IMG/VR virus record: IMGVR_UViG_3300017917_000952
Coordinates: 142,752-206,751 of that record
Length of the DNA stretch: 64,000 nt
Direction: 5' to 3' (one strand)
Shown: piece by piece, positions 12,001-21,082 of the stretch
Numbering within the stretch: position 1 is the first letter of the stretch
How the letters are laid out: each line of letters starts with the position of its first letter
The notes under the pieces: generated by a model
Database searches by the model: none
Seen by the model: the letters and a program-made list of their open reading frames with translations, nothing else
What the model was told of the DNA's origin: nothing
Position numbers and translations under genes: made by a program

Positions 12001-15000
12001 CCAACATACACAAATACTAGCAGCATCTATATTCAAGACGCTAACGTAAGCACAAACCTACGTGGTGGTGTTGCAGGCCAAGTACATTACCAGACTGGTG
12101 CTAACACAAGCGGTTATATTTCAACTGCTACAACAGGTAACTTTCTACAGGCCAACTTCAATGGTGCTCCTACTTGGACCACAACTGCTAACATCTATGT
12201 AGCCAATGCTGCGGTTAGCACAAACCTACGCGGTGGTACACCATATCAGATTCCTTATCAAACTGCTGCGAACACAACAGCATTTGCTAACTCAGGTACA
12301 AGCGGTCAATTCTGGCAAGCAACAACCAATGGCGCACCCGTATGGACCTCAACAGGCAGCATGTATGTTAATCGTGCTGTAAATGCCGATAATGCTACAT
12401 TGGCTATCTCTGCCCAAGTTGCAGACGAAGTAAAAACTTTATCTAGAAGCGACAACGTTAATCGTTATCCTACTTTTGTGTTTGGTAACAATCCCTCGCT
12501 ATCTCCAGAAGGACTTTACACAACTGGCAGTTTCTACGTTAATGCTCAGTCTGGTCTTGTAAATTTAAACAGCCTGTCCGTTAACAATACAGCCTATAGC
12601 ACATCATCCGGTGTTAGTAACGCATTATACGTTGCCGGCGGCGCATTTATTAACGGCGGCCTAACCGTTGCAACAGATGCTCCTGTACTATTCAAGGGCC
12701 CTGTGACCTTTGCCGGTACTGCGACATACGCATACAGTACCAACACTGTATATACTGACAACATCTTAAACTTACACACACCCCCAGGTGGTGTAGGAAC
12801 TGCATGGACCTTAGATGACGGTAAAGACATTGGGTTTGTTTTCCACTACTATAAGAGCGTTGACAAAAACGGATTCTTAGGATTAGGTAACGACTCTGGT
12901 TACTTAGAATGGTATGAAAACGGCACAGAAAGCGGCGGTATATTTACAGGTACAAACTACGGTACATTTAAGACTGCTGCGATCAAACTGGTAGGTGGTA
13001 CTGCTAATGCAGGAAACACATCTACCGGCGACCTAACTGTTCTAGGTGGCGTTGGTGTCGGCGGTAGCGTTTATGTCGGCGGCAACATTACTGTAGCGGG
13101 AACAATTAACGCAAGTATTACAGGTATTTCTACAACAGCAACAAACTTAGCAGGTGGACTGGCGGGCCAGTTACCGTATCAAAGTGCCGCAGGTGTTACA
13201 TCGTTCATTACTACGGCTACTACCGGTAACTTCCTACAGGCCAACTTCAATGGTGCTCCTACTTGGACATCGACGGCTAACATCTACGTTAATCGTGCAA
13301 CACTGGCAGACAGTGCTACTGCTGCAACAACAGCAACAAGTGCGGGTACTGCTTATGCAACAATTGGTACATTAACTGCCGGTACAGGCCTAACAGGTAC
13401 TGCATTCAACGGTAGCGCAAACCAAACCTGGACATTGAACACAGCCACTTATATGGGCAGTGCTGTAACTGCTAATAACTTAGCAGGCGGAACACCGTAT
13501 CAAATACCATATCAAAGTGCGGCTAACACCACACTGTTTGCAAGTTCGGGAACAACCGGCCAGTTCTGGCAAGCAACAACCAATGGTGCACCTGTATGGA
13601 CAACAACGGCTAACATCTACGTTCAAAATTCTGTTCTCTCTACGCACCAACGAGGCGGTGTAGGCGGCCAGTTACAGTATCAAAGTGCAGTTGACACTAC
13701 AGCATTTGTAAGCACTGCAACCACTGGTAACTTCTTACAAGCAAACTTCAACGGCGCACCTACATGGACCACAACTGCTAACATCTATGTGGCTAACGCC
13801 GTAGTCAGTACAAATATTCGAGGCGGCACCAATTGGCAAATTCCGTATCAGAGTGCTGCAAATACTACTGCGTTTGCTAACTCAGGTACTAGTGGTCAGT
13901 TCTGGCAAGCAACAACCAACGGCGCACCTGTATGGACATCGACAGGCAGTATGTATGTTGGTCGTGCTGTAATTGCCGACAGTGCAAGTGGCGGTAGTGC
14001 TCAGGTCAATACTGTAGCACAGCCAACAAACTTTGATTATTTCTTAACATTTGTTGATGCAAACAATGCAAGTGCAGCGGCAGAATTTGTCTACACAACT
14101 AGCAGCATCTATGTAAACCCAAGTGCTGGTAACCTACGTGTATCTGGTATTGTTACTGCAACAACATTTGTCGGTAACGTAACAGGTAACTTAACAGGTA
14201 CAGCAAGTAACGCAACAACAGCAACTAGTGCCGCTACTGCTTACGCAACTATCGGTACACATACCGCCGGCACAGGCCTAAGTGGAACCACATTCAATGG
14301 AAGTGCAAACGTAACCTGGACCTTGAACACTGCTACCTATATGGCCAGTGCCGTAACTGCTAACAACCTAGCAGGTGGTAGTGCAGGTCAATTTGCGTTC
14401 CAGACAGGCGCTGGCGCTACATCTTTTGCATCAACTGGCAGTATGTATGTTGGTCGTGCTGTAATTGCCGACAGTGCAAGTGGTGGTAGTGCTCAGGTCA
14501 ATACTGTTGCACAACCTCTAAGTGCTGATTACTTCTTAACTTTTGTTGATACAAATAACGCAAGTGCAGCAGCAGAAAGTGTTTATACAACCAGTAGCAT
14601 CTACGTAAATCCAAGCGCCGGTAACCTACGTGTATCTGGTATTGTTACTGCAACAACATTTGTTGGAAACTTAACAGGCAATGTAACAGGTAACTTAACT
14701 GGTACTGCTAGCACTGCAACTGCCGCAGGTACTGCCTATGCAACCATTGCGGCACACACCGCTGGCGCAGGTCTAAGCGGATCTACATTCAACGGTAGTA
14801 CTGCGGTAACATGGACTTTAAACACAGCCACTTACATGGCTAGTGCTGTAACTGCTAATAACTTAGCAGCAGGCGCAGCAGGAAGTCTACCGTATCAAAG
14901 TGCGGCAGGTACAACTACTTTCTTAGGTATTGGTACCAGCGGATTTGTATTAACCAGTAACGGTAGTGCTCCTACATGGACAGCACTAAGTGGCCTGAGT

Positions 15001-16647
15001 GCAGGAACAGCAACTACAGCAACAAATGCCGACAATGTAAGAACTGTTCAACAACCTGTTAGTGCAACTTACTACCCTGCGTTTGTTGATTCTAACAACA
15101 GTACAGCAGCATATGAAGCACTATACACAACTAGCTCGTTTAGAATTAATGCATCAAGCGGTCTAGTAAGTATTGCAAACACACTAACCGCAATACCTAA
15201 TACTAATCTAACTATTAGAGCACCGGATTATACGAATACATTCGGTGACGGTCAGTACTTATACTTAATGGCTGGTCAAGGAAGTACTGCGAACGGAATT
15301 GGTAACGGCGGTAACACATATCTACAAGGCGGCCTTGGCGGAACGTCAAGTGGTGCAGGTGGATCAGTAAACATCTCCGGTGGACTATCATATGGTGGCA
15401 TCGGCGGCGCTGTTAACATTCAATCCGGTACCGGCCCGTATGCGTCTGGTGCGATCAACATCACAGTTCCGAGCAATAACTCTGGTTCAACTCAGCCTGG
15501 CGGCGCTGTGACTCTGCAAAGTGGTAGTGCTGCAAGCGGTTCGACTAACCTCGCCGGTGGTAATATTATTCTTTCTGGCGGATTAGGTACAGGAAATGCC
15601 GGAGGCGGTAAACTAGTATTCCATACATATTCTCCAGTAGCATCAGGTACAGGTAACGGAACTTTTGTAGGATCGATGTTTGAAGTTAGTAACACCGGTG
15701 CTGTTGCGTTCGGTGGTTCAAGCAATTACGGGTCTTCAGGACAAATTTTACAAAGTAACGGTAATGCATCGCCTACTTGGGTTAATGCAAGCAGTGTTAC
15801 TGCCGGTGCCGCAACTCAAGTACGAACAACAGCACAGCCAGTTAGCGGAACTTACTACCCGGCCTTTGTTGATAGTAACAATGCGAGCGCGACAGCAGAA
15901 ACTGTTTATACAACCAGCTCGTTTGCAATTAATCCGGGCACTGGATTAGTGTCGATTACTAATACTACATCGGCGGTAAACACAGCAGGCTCACATCTAA
16001 CACTAGCACAGCCAGGTACATCTGGCCAGACTATTATCGGATTCACGTTTAATGGTGCTCCTAGGGCAAGTATTAGAGCAGATTCTACCAACATGGTGTT
16101 TAACACCCAGGGCGGGGATTACTACTTTAATAATGATTTTGGTTCTAGTAGTGTTATCTTTAGAGCAGTTGGCACAACATTTATAACTGGATCTGCAAGT
16201 GGTTCTCAAATTCCTTCTTTAGGAGTAGGAACTGCACCTAGCGGAACAGCAGGTGAAATTCGTGCAACAAACGAAATTACTGCATACTATTCTGATCGTA
16301 GATTAAAAGAAAATGTACAAGTAATCGATAATGCTGTAACAAAAGTTCTATCTCTAAATGGTATTACATACACACCGAACGATCTTGCTGCGAGTTTTGG
16401 CTACGATAAGAATGTTAAACTTGTCGGTCTATTTGCAGACGAAGTTGAAGCAGTACTACCAGAAGCAACTAGACCGGCACCGTTTGACCAAGACGAACAC
16501 GGCAATAGCAAATCCGGTGAAAACTATAAGACTATTCAGTATGAAAAGTTAGTTCCGTTGTTAATTGAAGCAATTAAAGAACAAGAACGCACTATTCAGT
16601 CTCTAAAATCTGAGCTAGATGATATCAAAAAACAATTGGGTAAATAA
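9085..16647 (+). CDS. Giant modular tail fibre (2520 aa) with C-terminal peptidase-S74-type intramolecular chaperone
   Basis: N-terminal LQFRRG (Mtd-N-like); many GQ.PYQ and FNGS..TWTLNTAT repeats; YSDRRLKENV autocleavage motif with terminal coiled coil. Confidence 0.85.
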   Translation: MTSVLQFRRGNTAQNDAFTGAVAEISIDTSTNTLRVHNAVTPGGTFIMPTLRLTNAERLTTTAQVGQFIYVTDNVSAGVAPTWVGDGVTAGGVVAAGGVVSAASTASNLSAGTAGQIPYQTGPGATSFFGPGSAGQFLLSNGTSAPAFTNTLTYSNGSIRVDGTANATSTSTGALIVAGGIGVAGDVYVGGKIVSQQLEIQLTTVTTTLIQTDDVIKTSNTTAAHNATTGALQIAGGIGVGGSIFVAGNVTATTFFGNLTGTASTATAAATAYSTIGTHTAGTGLSGTTFNGSANVTWTLNTATLMQTAVNLNGGAAGSLPYQSAAGATTFLGIGTSGFVLTSNGSAPTWTALSGLSAGLATTASNIAGGLADQIPYQSAPGQTTFNAALRFNGTTFTTTNIVVSGTTNSLSNTSTQGALLVTGGAAIAKDLFVGGDINLQGNLYLKGAGLDQITGSTGTFDYVSIEGTGTGLTVADGVSIGGDTLITKTTAASSTNTGALQVRGGVGIAGGLVVATVVTATNFSGSLSGGTGGAIVYQSAANTTAFLSTSTTGNFLQGNFNGAPTWTSTGSMYVGSSVFAEDIRGGTNGQIVYQISAGNTGFVGPGTTGNLFISGGGGTPSFLATGAAGTFLGSAGSGSAPVWTTTATMYVQNSNVSTNLRGGVAGQLHYQTAADTSGYITTATTGNFLQANFNGAPTWTSTSSMYVNRATLADSATTATSAGTAYATIGTLTAGTGLTGTAFNGSANQTWTLNTATYMASAVTANNLAAGAAGSLPYQTSAGATTFLGIGTSGYVLTSNGTAPTWSALSGLSAGNATTATNLANGLAGQIPYQSGAGSTTFLGTATTGNFLQANFNGAPLWTSSGTMYVNSAVFAEDLYGGSSGQLVYQSNLNTTAFVTTATAGNFLQANGTNAPTWTTTASMHVGAAVTASKIVGGTDGQLVYQISTGVTGFAGPGTAGQLLVSGGTSAPTYTNTSSIYIQDANVSTNLRGGVAGQVHYQTGANTSGYISTATTGNFLQANFNGAPTWTTTANIYVANAAVSTNLRGGTPYQIPYQTAANTTAFANSGTSGQFWQATTNGAPVWTSTGSMYVNRAVNADNATLAISAQVADEVKTLSRSDNVNRYPTFVFGNNPSLSPEGLYTTGSFYVNAQSGLVNLNSLSVNNTAYSTSSGVSNALYVAGGAFINGGLTVATDAPVLFKGPVTFAGTATYAYSTNTVYTDNILNLHTPPGGVGTAWTLDDGKDIGFVFHYYKSVDKNGFLGLGNDSGYLEWYENGTESGGIFTGTNYGTFKTAAIKLVGGTANAGNTSTGDLTVLGGVGVGGSVYVGGNITVAGTINASITGISTTATNLAGGLAGQLPYQSAAGVTSFITTATTGNFLQANFNGAPTWTSTANIYVNRATLADSATAATTATSAGTAYATIGTLTAGTGLTGTAFNGSANQTWTLNTATYMGSAVTANNLAGGTPYQIPYQSAANTTLFASSGTTGQFWQATTNGAPVWTTTANIYVQNSVLSTHQRGGVGGQLQYQSAVDTTAFVSTATTGNFLQANFNGAPTWTTTANIYVANAVVSTNIRGGTNWQIPYQSAANTTAFANSGTSGQFWQATTNGAPVWTSTGSMYVGRAVIADSASGGSAQVNTVAQPTNFDYFLTFVDANNASAAAEFVYTTSSIYVNPSAGNLRVSGIVTATTFVGNVTGNLTGTASNATTATSAATAYATIGTHTAGTGLSGTTFNGSANVTWTLNTATYMASAVTANNLAGGSAGQFAFQTGAGATSFASTGSMYVGRAVIADSASGGSAQVNTVAQPLSADYFLTFVDTNNASAAAESVYTTSSIYVNPSAGNLRVSGIVTATTFVGNLTGNVTGNLTGTASTATAAGTAYATIAAHTAGAGLSGSTFNGSTAVTWTLNTATYMASAVTANNLAAGAAGSLPYQSAAGTTTFLGIGTSGFVLTSNGSAPTWTALSGLSAGTATTATNADNVRTVQQPVSATYYPAFVDSNNSTAAYEALYTTSSFRINASSGLVSIANTLTAIPNTNLTIRAPDYTNTFGDGQYLYLMAGQGSTANGIGNGGNTYLQGGLGGTSSGAGGSVNISGGLSYGGIGGAVNIQSGTGPYASGAINITVPSNNSGSTQPGGAVTLQSGSAASGSTNLAGGNIILSGGLGTGNAGGGKLVFHTYSPVASGTGNGTFVGSMFEVSNTGAVAFGGSSNYGSSGQILQSNGNASPTWVNASSVTAGAATQVRTTAQPVSGTYYPAFVDSNNASATAETVYTTSSFAINPGTGLVSITNTTSAVNTAGSHLTLAQPGTSGQTIIGFTFNGAPRASIRADSTNMVFNTQGGDYYFNNDFGSSSVIFRAVGTTFITGSASGSQIPSLGVGTAPSGTAGEIRATNEITAYYSDRRLKENVQVIDNAVTKVLSLNGITYTPNDLAASFGYDKNVKLVGLFADEVEAVLPEATRPAPFDQDEHGNSKSGENYKTIQYEKLVPLLIEAIKEQERTIQSLKSELDDIKKQLGK

Positions 16648-16684
16648 CACAGCGTCAATATTAGATATGTGTGTTTTACAGGCC

Positions 16685-16700
16685 AATAAATATCAAGGAG
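16685..16700 (+). promoter_or_regulatory. Late-type promoter AATAAATA plus AAGGAG RBS
   Basis: Directly upstream of the GTG start at 16708. Confidence 0.6.
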
Positions 16701-16707
16701 ATTAACG

Positions 16708-16908
16708 GTGCCGTCAGTTTTACCAGCAACAGGATCAGCAATAACAATGGGTAGAGTGTATACTGCTTATACAAACGCTACCCCTACTGCTGGTACCAAC
16801 GTTAGGCTAAGTGCAACGTTGGGTGCGAACTATGGTGGTAAAGTTGCCGGCGCACAAATTAGTTTCTCCTCGACGTTTGGTGGTAAGACAGCACCATACA
16901 CATACTAA
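16708..16908 (+). CDS. Small virion protein, possibly fibre-tip associated
   Basis: 66 aa, GTG start with AAGGAG RBS; LP.TG.AITM...ISFS..FGGK pattern of small fibre-associated proteins. Confidence 0.6.
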   Translation: MPSVLPATGSAITMGRVYTAYTNATPTAGTNVRLSATLGANYGGKVAGAQISFSSTFGGKTAPYTY

Positions 16909-16920
16909 TATAGGTTTGAA

Positions 16921-17391
16921 ATGAGTTTAGACATTGAACGATTGATTTCTCTAGCAGAATCATCTCAAGTAAGCAAATGGGAATTAGATAACATAGTTTG
17001 GAACGAACGAACTTCTAACCCCGATGTCTTACTTAAATTTTTAAAACGCATCCAGTATCTACAATCATTAAGTACATTGGATAACAGCGAACAAGAAGAA
17101 CTTCGAATTCTTAAAGAACTTGCGTCAGAAATGGATCAGGGCGACTGCGAAGATTTATTCATTACTGAAGACGAACCTGCAAAACATAGATTTATCGAAA
17201 ACCTAGCACGTCAGGGCGCATTAGAAACACTGTGTAACAATGCAATTAGTATTGATACTATGGAAAAGATGTGTAAATTAAGCCCTAATGACTTTATACT
17301 TACAGCAAAGCGTAGCCAAGATCTTATCAATTCTATTCAAGAACTGGTGATCCAAGGCGAAACATTAAGTAACGACGTAGCAGGCGCATGA
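16921..17391 (+). CDS. Hypothetical protein
   Basis: 156-aa ORF; ATGA overlap with the next gene. Confidence 0.6.
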   Translation: MSLDIERLISLAESSQVSKWELDNIVWNERTSNPDVLLKFLKRIQYLQSLSTLDNSEQEELRILKELASEMDQGDCEDLFITEDEPAKHRFIENLARQGALETLCNNAISIDTMEKMCKLSPNDFILTAKRSQDLINSIQELVIQGETLSNDVAGA

Positions 17392-18041
17392 GTAAAAGTG
17401 TATTTGCCTCCAGCCAGTGGAGCCTAAAAAAATCTAAACTGGCAGTTTTAGTTCCCTGTAGAGATATGTTGCATACAGCATTTGCACAATGTCTCGGCGA
17501 ACTGATTAAACTAAACACCCAAAATAATATTGACACGCACGTAGTCTACGATGCAAGTACTATCTTGCTCACGCAGCGAGAGCGTCTTGCACTAGAAGCA
17601 AAGAATATCGGTGCAGAATATATGCTATGGTTGGATAGCGATATGGCATTCCCGTCAACAACTGCTCTAAGACTTTTGGGGCATAAAAAATCTGTAGTTG
17701 CTGCAAACTATGTGCGCCGCCAGCCTCCATTCAAAGGAGTAGCCTACGAAAAAATCGGCGACTGGCAGAATCCTTTGCCCTACGAACCACAAGATGATCT
17801 AGTAGAAGTTGAAGGCATTGGCATGGGCTGTATGCTGGTTAAGACTAGCATACTAGATGAAATTTCTAGACCTTATTTTGAATTTGGTTGGACACCCGAA
17901 AGCGATGATTGGTTGGGCGAAGACATGCACTTCTGTCAAAAGATTGCCGAAGCAGGGCACAAGATCTATGTTGATACTACCCTGAGCATGGAAACACGGC
18001 ACATGGGTACTTGGGCATTTGGCCCAGACTTAATCAAGTAA
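17388..18041 (+). CDS. Glycosyltransferase family 2-like protein
   Basis: LWLDSDM (DxD), IGMGCMLVK and GEDMHFC motifs typical of GT-A fold. Confidence 0.7.
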   Translation: MSKSVFASSQWSLKKSKLAVLVPCRDMLHTAFAQCLGELIKLNTQNNIDTHVVYDASTILLTQRERLALEAKNIGAEYMLWLDSDMAFPSTTALRLLGHKKSVVAANYVRRQPPFKGVAYEKIGDWQNPLPYEPQDDLVEVEGIGMGCMLVKTSILDEISRPYFEFGWTPESDDWLGEDMHFCQKIAEAGHKIYVDTTLSMETRHMGTWAFGPDLIK

Positions 18042-18479
18042 TTCTAAAATTAATTCTAACTTGCCTCGGATAACTTTGTTACCGAGGCTTGTTCTTAGGC
18101 CCTGATGTAATGGCTTTGGCCAATTATCATAACTACACCAAGCATATCCGCAGTGCTCGTCATTTAACTTAGGGACAAATTCGTTCTCAACAATTACAAC
18201 ATAGGTGTTGTATTGAAAATTTTGATCGTTGCTGGTAAACAATTCAAGAGGAACTGTTTTCTTTACTCCAGGAATTTTGCCAACTTCTTCGTCGGCTTCT
18301 CTTTTAAGAGTTTCAAACGGAGTATGGTCTGAAGGTTCTTTTTTACCGCCAACTAATCCCCAGGTACCTGATGTCCTGCCCTGTGTTCTAAGCAAAAACA
18401 AAAAGCGTTTTGTGTCCTTAGCAAGAATAAGGCCACCGCTGGCAATGACCTGTTTTGGGTTTAAAGAATGATTCTCCAT
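18030..18479 (-). CDS. NUDIX hydrolase
   Basis: Nudix box GGKKE...LKREADEEVG. Confidence 0.85.
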   Translation of the reverse strand: MENHSLNPKQVIASGGLILAKDTKRFLFLLRTQGRTSGTWGLVGGKKEPSDHTPFETLKREADEEVGKIPGVKKTVPLELFTSNDQNFQYNTYVVIVENEFVPKLNDEHCGYAWCSYDNWPKPLHQGLRTSLGNKVIRGKLELILELLD

Positions 18480-19837
18480 GCGTCTTTATCGTAAATGCCT
18501 TCAAAACTCTTGCTCCAAGTTTCTCCATCCCATTTATACTGAACTCCTGTATAAATGTTAGTTATATAAGTCACCGTAGAGACCCCTTGAGAATTGAAGA
18601 CCACAGACCATTGTAATCCGTCCCACTCGATAATATCGTTAGCATTTGCACTAAAGTCGCTAAGGTTTCCATTTAACCATGCTCTCGGACCATCACCGAA
18701 GGTTGCACGTATATTTTCTAAGATAAGATACCTTGTGCCCGGCGCGGGAGACTCAGGGTTAAATGTTTCAGGATTAATAATTGCATCTACAGTACCACGT
18801 CCTGATATAATTGTGTTAGTCGGAATAGTATCAGGATCAACGTTTAACACCATTCTACGTTCGTCGAACGGATCGAGGCTAATATAGGCAACAATTTCAT
18901 TACCGTCTGCCTTCATTAAACGTAGTTGAGATAAGTTGGCTCTAAACTGGCCAGGATATAAATCTAATAACTTTCTCCATGTAACAGTGTAGTCGGGCAT
19001 CTCATCTAAATTAGCATCAGTCGCAATATGATTTGTAACAATACTAGCAACGTTATCTAATACCATTAGTTCATAGTTGCCGGGAGTAACCACTACTTTG
19101 GCTGCATGATCGCCTAGTCCTGAATATACTGCTTCGATACTTTCGTATTCTGAAGAGATAGTTCCCGGTTCGTTATTAAAGACATTGGCAATAATTTTTG
19201 TAATGACACCCATCTTCTTAACTTTAGCAGGCGGTGTGATCCAGATAGGTGTTTCAAAGGTAAGTGTTAGGATATCGATGTCTTGATTAGCACCTTGAGG
19301 AACTTGTCGACTGGTCCAGTTAGTTTGTTTTAGATACAACACAGTTAGACTAGTCCAATCGACATAGTTGTCTGTAGTCTGTAATTCCATAGCAGGATTA
19401 AAGAAGTAGCTCAATTGCTCAAATATTTGCAACTTCATATCTGTGTTAGTGGTCCATATATCTGCGTTGAACGTTAATTTATAAGGCGCAGGCATAATAC
19501 GTTCTACAGTATATCCTAAACCTTGAGTGTTTACATATTCACCGGACTGGTCGTCGTAGACACGCTCTCTAATCTGTACCTTACTAACAAATGTTGGATC
19601 TTGTAATCTTGCCTGCTCATAGTCAAGTCCTTTAATATAGCAGGCAATAAACGGAGCACTAGGTATAGTATTCTCGCTGTTCTTCTTTAGAATAGCAGAG
19701 GCCTGTCTGTTAGGATCGCCGTACATAACAGGTACCTGCTTAATTTTTCCAGAGCCATCCTTGTAACTAAAGTTACTCATAACTCTCATAAACTGAGTTA
19801 GATATCGTCTTATTTGACCGTCGTAGAACCAATCCAT
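18461..19837 (-). CDS. Tail completion / sheath-terminator protein (gp15-like) with C-terminal extension
   Basis: FYD.QIRRY...F..., VPVMYG, P.PY.L.F...IW...QIFEQ...FF.P pattern of gp15-like proteins; adjacent to neck genes. Confidence 0.6.
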   Translation of the reverse strand: MDWFYDGQIRRYLTQFMRVMSNFSYKDGSGKIKQVPVMYGDPNRQASAILKKNSENTIPSAPFIACYIKGLDYEQARLQDPTFVSKVQIRERVYDDQSGEYVNTQGLGYTVERIMPAPYKLTFNADIWTTNTDMKLQIFEQLSYFFNPAMELQTTDNYVDWTSLTVLYLKQTNWTSRQVPQGANQDIDILTLTFETPIWITPPAKVKKMGVITKIIANVFNNEPGTISSEYESIEAVYSGLGDHAAKVVVTPGNYELMVLDNVASIVTNHIATDANLDEMPDYTVTWRKLLDLYPGQFRANLSQLRLMKADGNEIVAYISLDPFDERRMVLNVDPDTIPTNTIISGRGTVDAIINPETFNPESPAPGTRYLILENIRATFGDGPRAWLNGNLSDFSANANDIIEWDGLQWSVVFNSQGVSTVTYITNIYTGVQYKWDGETWSKSFEGIYDKDAWRIIL

Positions 19838-19838
19838 A

Positions 19839-21053
19839 TTAATTATCCGCCCTTGGTTTTAGTGCCTTGCTTAGTGCCTGTCGTTCAGGAACAACCTTAC
19901 CTGAAATAGTTCCAGTATTTGTATTGTTAACAAATCCTGCTTTTTGTGTTTGCCTAATCGCAGCGCCTTCGAATGCCGTGCCTGGTGCAACATCTTGAGC
20001 ACCAAACTGGTTCATAGTCATTCTGACACCTTGCTCGTGCATTACCCAACGCTTGCCGTCATATTTGAACAATGCATTTGGCAGATAATCTGTTCTTAAA
20101 TAATATTGACCTTTAGCAGGATTACTAGGAAACTGAATTCCGGAACCAAATGGCGCACCATTAGGTGGAACACCATCACCGCCACCTAATCCAACATATA
20201 TCTTTTTGGTAGGCGTATTCAATACAAAACTTGCATCTACTTTAGCATCAACATCAATACTAGCATCGAGGTCCATGTTATCAGTTGCAGCAATATCAAC
20301 TAGGCCGCGATCATCTGTAGGAATAACAAATAAGTGTTTGTCAGTATAACCGCTTAATGGTGCATCTGCTTGTGCTTGCTCAATAATTTGATTGTTAATA
20401 TCGATACTCTTCTGATAAGTAGACAATAGATCCCGTAGAGTACTTCCGTCGCCCGCACCGCTGTCGGCATCAAGAATCTGTGCAAATTCCTGTGTATCAA
20501 CTAGAGGTTGACACTTAGCACGTAGTAAGTGAGGATACCATGTTTGACTAAAACCGTTAGCGGGTCTGCTCACATCAGTTACAACATAAAATCTTTTCAA
20601 TGCGACCTGTGCATCATCTAAGGCATACTCGTCCTTTAGATGCGGTAACTCAAATACATCGCCAGGCATAATTTTACGGCCGATAGTATCTACACAATTT
20701 CTTAAATGAAAATGCACCATGATGTTGTCATTATTAAGAAATAAACCAAACTGACTTAGGTTAAAATCTAAGTCCTGCATTTGATAGATACCTCTTAAAA
20801 CATACACATCTGGTTCATAAATTCTATCTCTGTTCTCCATAAACAATAAGTCCTGAATACCTACTTCGGGTATAGGGTTAGTGCTGTTATTAGGAGTGCT
20901 AGGAGTGCTTTCTCCTTCAGCAGGCGCTGTAGTACCTGCATATTTGTGAATAAAGATATCAGTTCCGCCGACCTGAAATTCTTCGTTAATTACACGGTCG
21001 AGAAACTTGAAATCATTGCCCTTTTCGGGACGGTAAAGAGAAAGTCTTGGCAT
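19839..21053 (-). CDS. Neck / head-closure protein (gp14-like)
   Basis: DLLFMENRDR.Y, LSQFGLF and PGDVFELPH motifs; divergent from the gp13-like gene. Confidence 0.55.
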   Translation of the reverse strand: MPRLSLYRPEKGNDFKFLDRVINEEFQVGGTDIFIHKYAGTTAPAEGESTPSTPNNSTNPIPEVGIQDLLFMENRDRIYEPDVYVLRGIYQMQDLDFNLSQFGLFLNNDNIMVHFHLRNCVDTIGRKIMPGDVFELPHLKDEYALDDAQVALKRFYVVTDVSRPANGFSQTWYPHLLRAKCQPLVDTQEFAQILDADSGAGDGSTLRDLLSTYQKSIDINNQIIEQAQADAPLSGYTDKHLFVIPTDDRGLVDIAATDNMDLDASIDVDAKVDASFVLNTPTKKIYVGLGGGDGVPPNGAPFGSGIQFPSNPAKGQYYLRTDYLPNALFKYDGKRWVMHEQGVRMTMNQFGAQDVAPGTAFEGAAIRQTQKAGFVNNTNTGTISGKVVPERQALSKALKPRADN

Positions 21054-21060
21054 AGTCTTG

Positions 21061-21077
21061 TATTTATTCGCTAAATA
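21061..21077. promoter_or_regulatory. Back-to-back divergent late promoters (TAAATA on each strand)
   Basis: Minus TAAATA 21061-66 lies 7 nt from the ATG at 21053; plus TAAATA 21072-77 lies 5 nt from the ATG at 21083. Confidence 0.7.
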
Positions 21078-21082
21078 GTGTT

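Noticed and set aside
495-16552. Many antisense or alternate-frame ORFs inside structural genes (e.g. 3713..4300, 7017..7457)
   Set aside because: Shadow ORFs produced by Gly/Thr/Ala/Val codon bias; no RBS or recognisable motifs.
5737-16647. Diversity-generating retroelement acting on the fibre genes (Mtd-like N-terminus, duplicated blocks)
   Set aside because: No reverse transcriptase in the window. Differences between repeat copies are synonymous third-position changes rather than adenine-specific, and all copies are coding.
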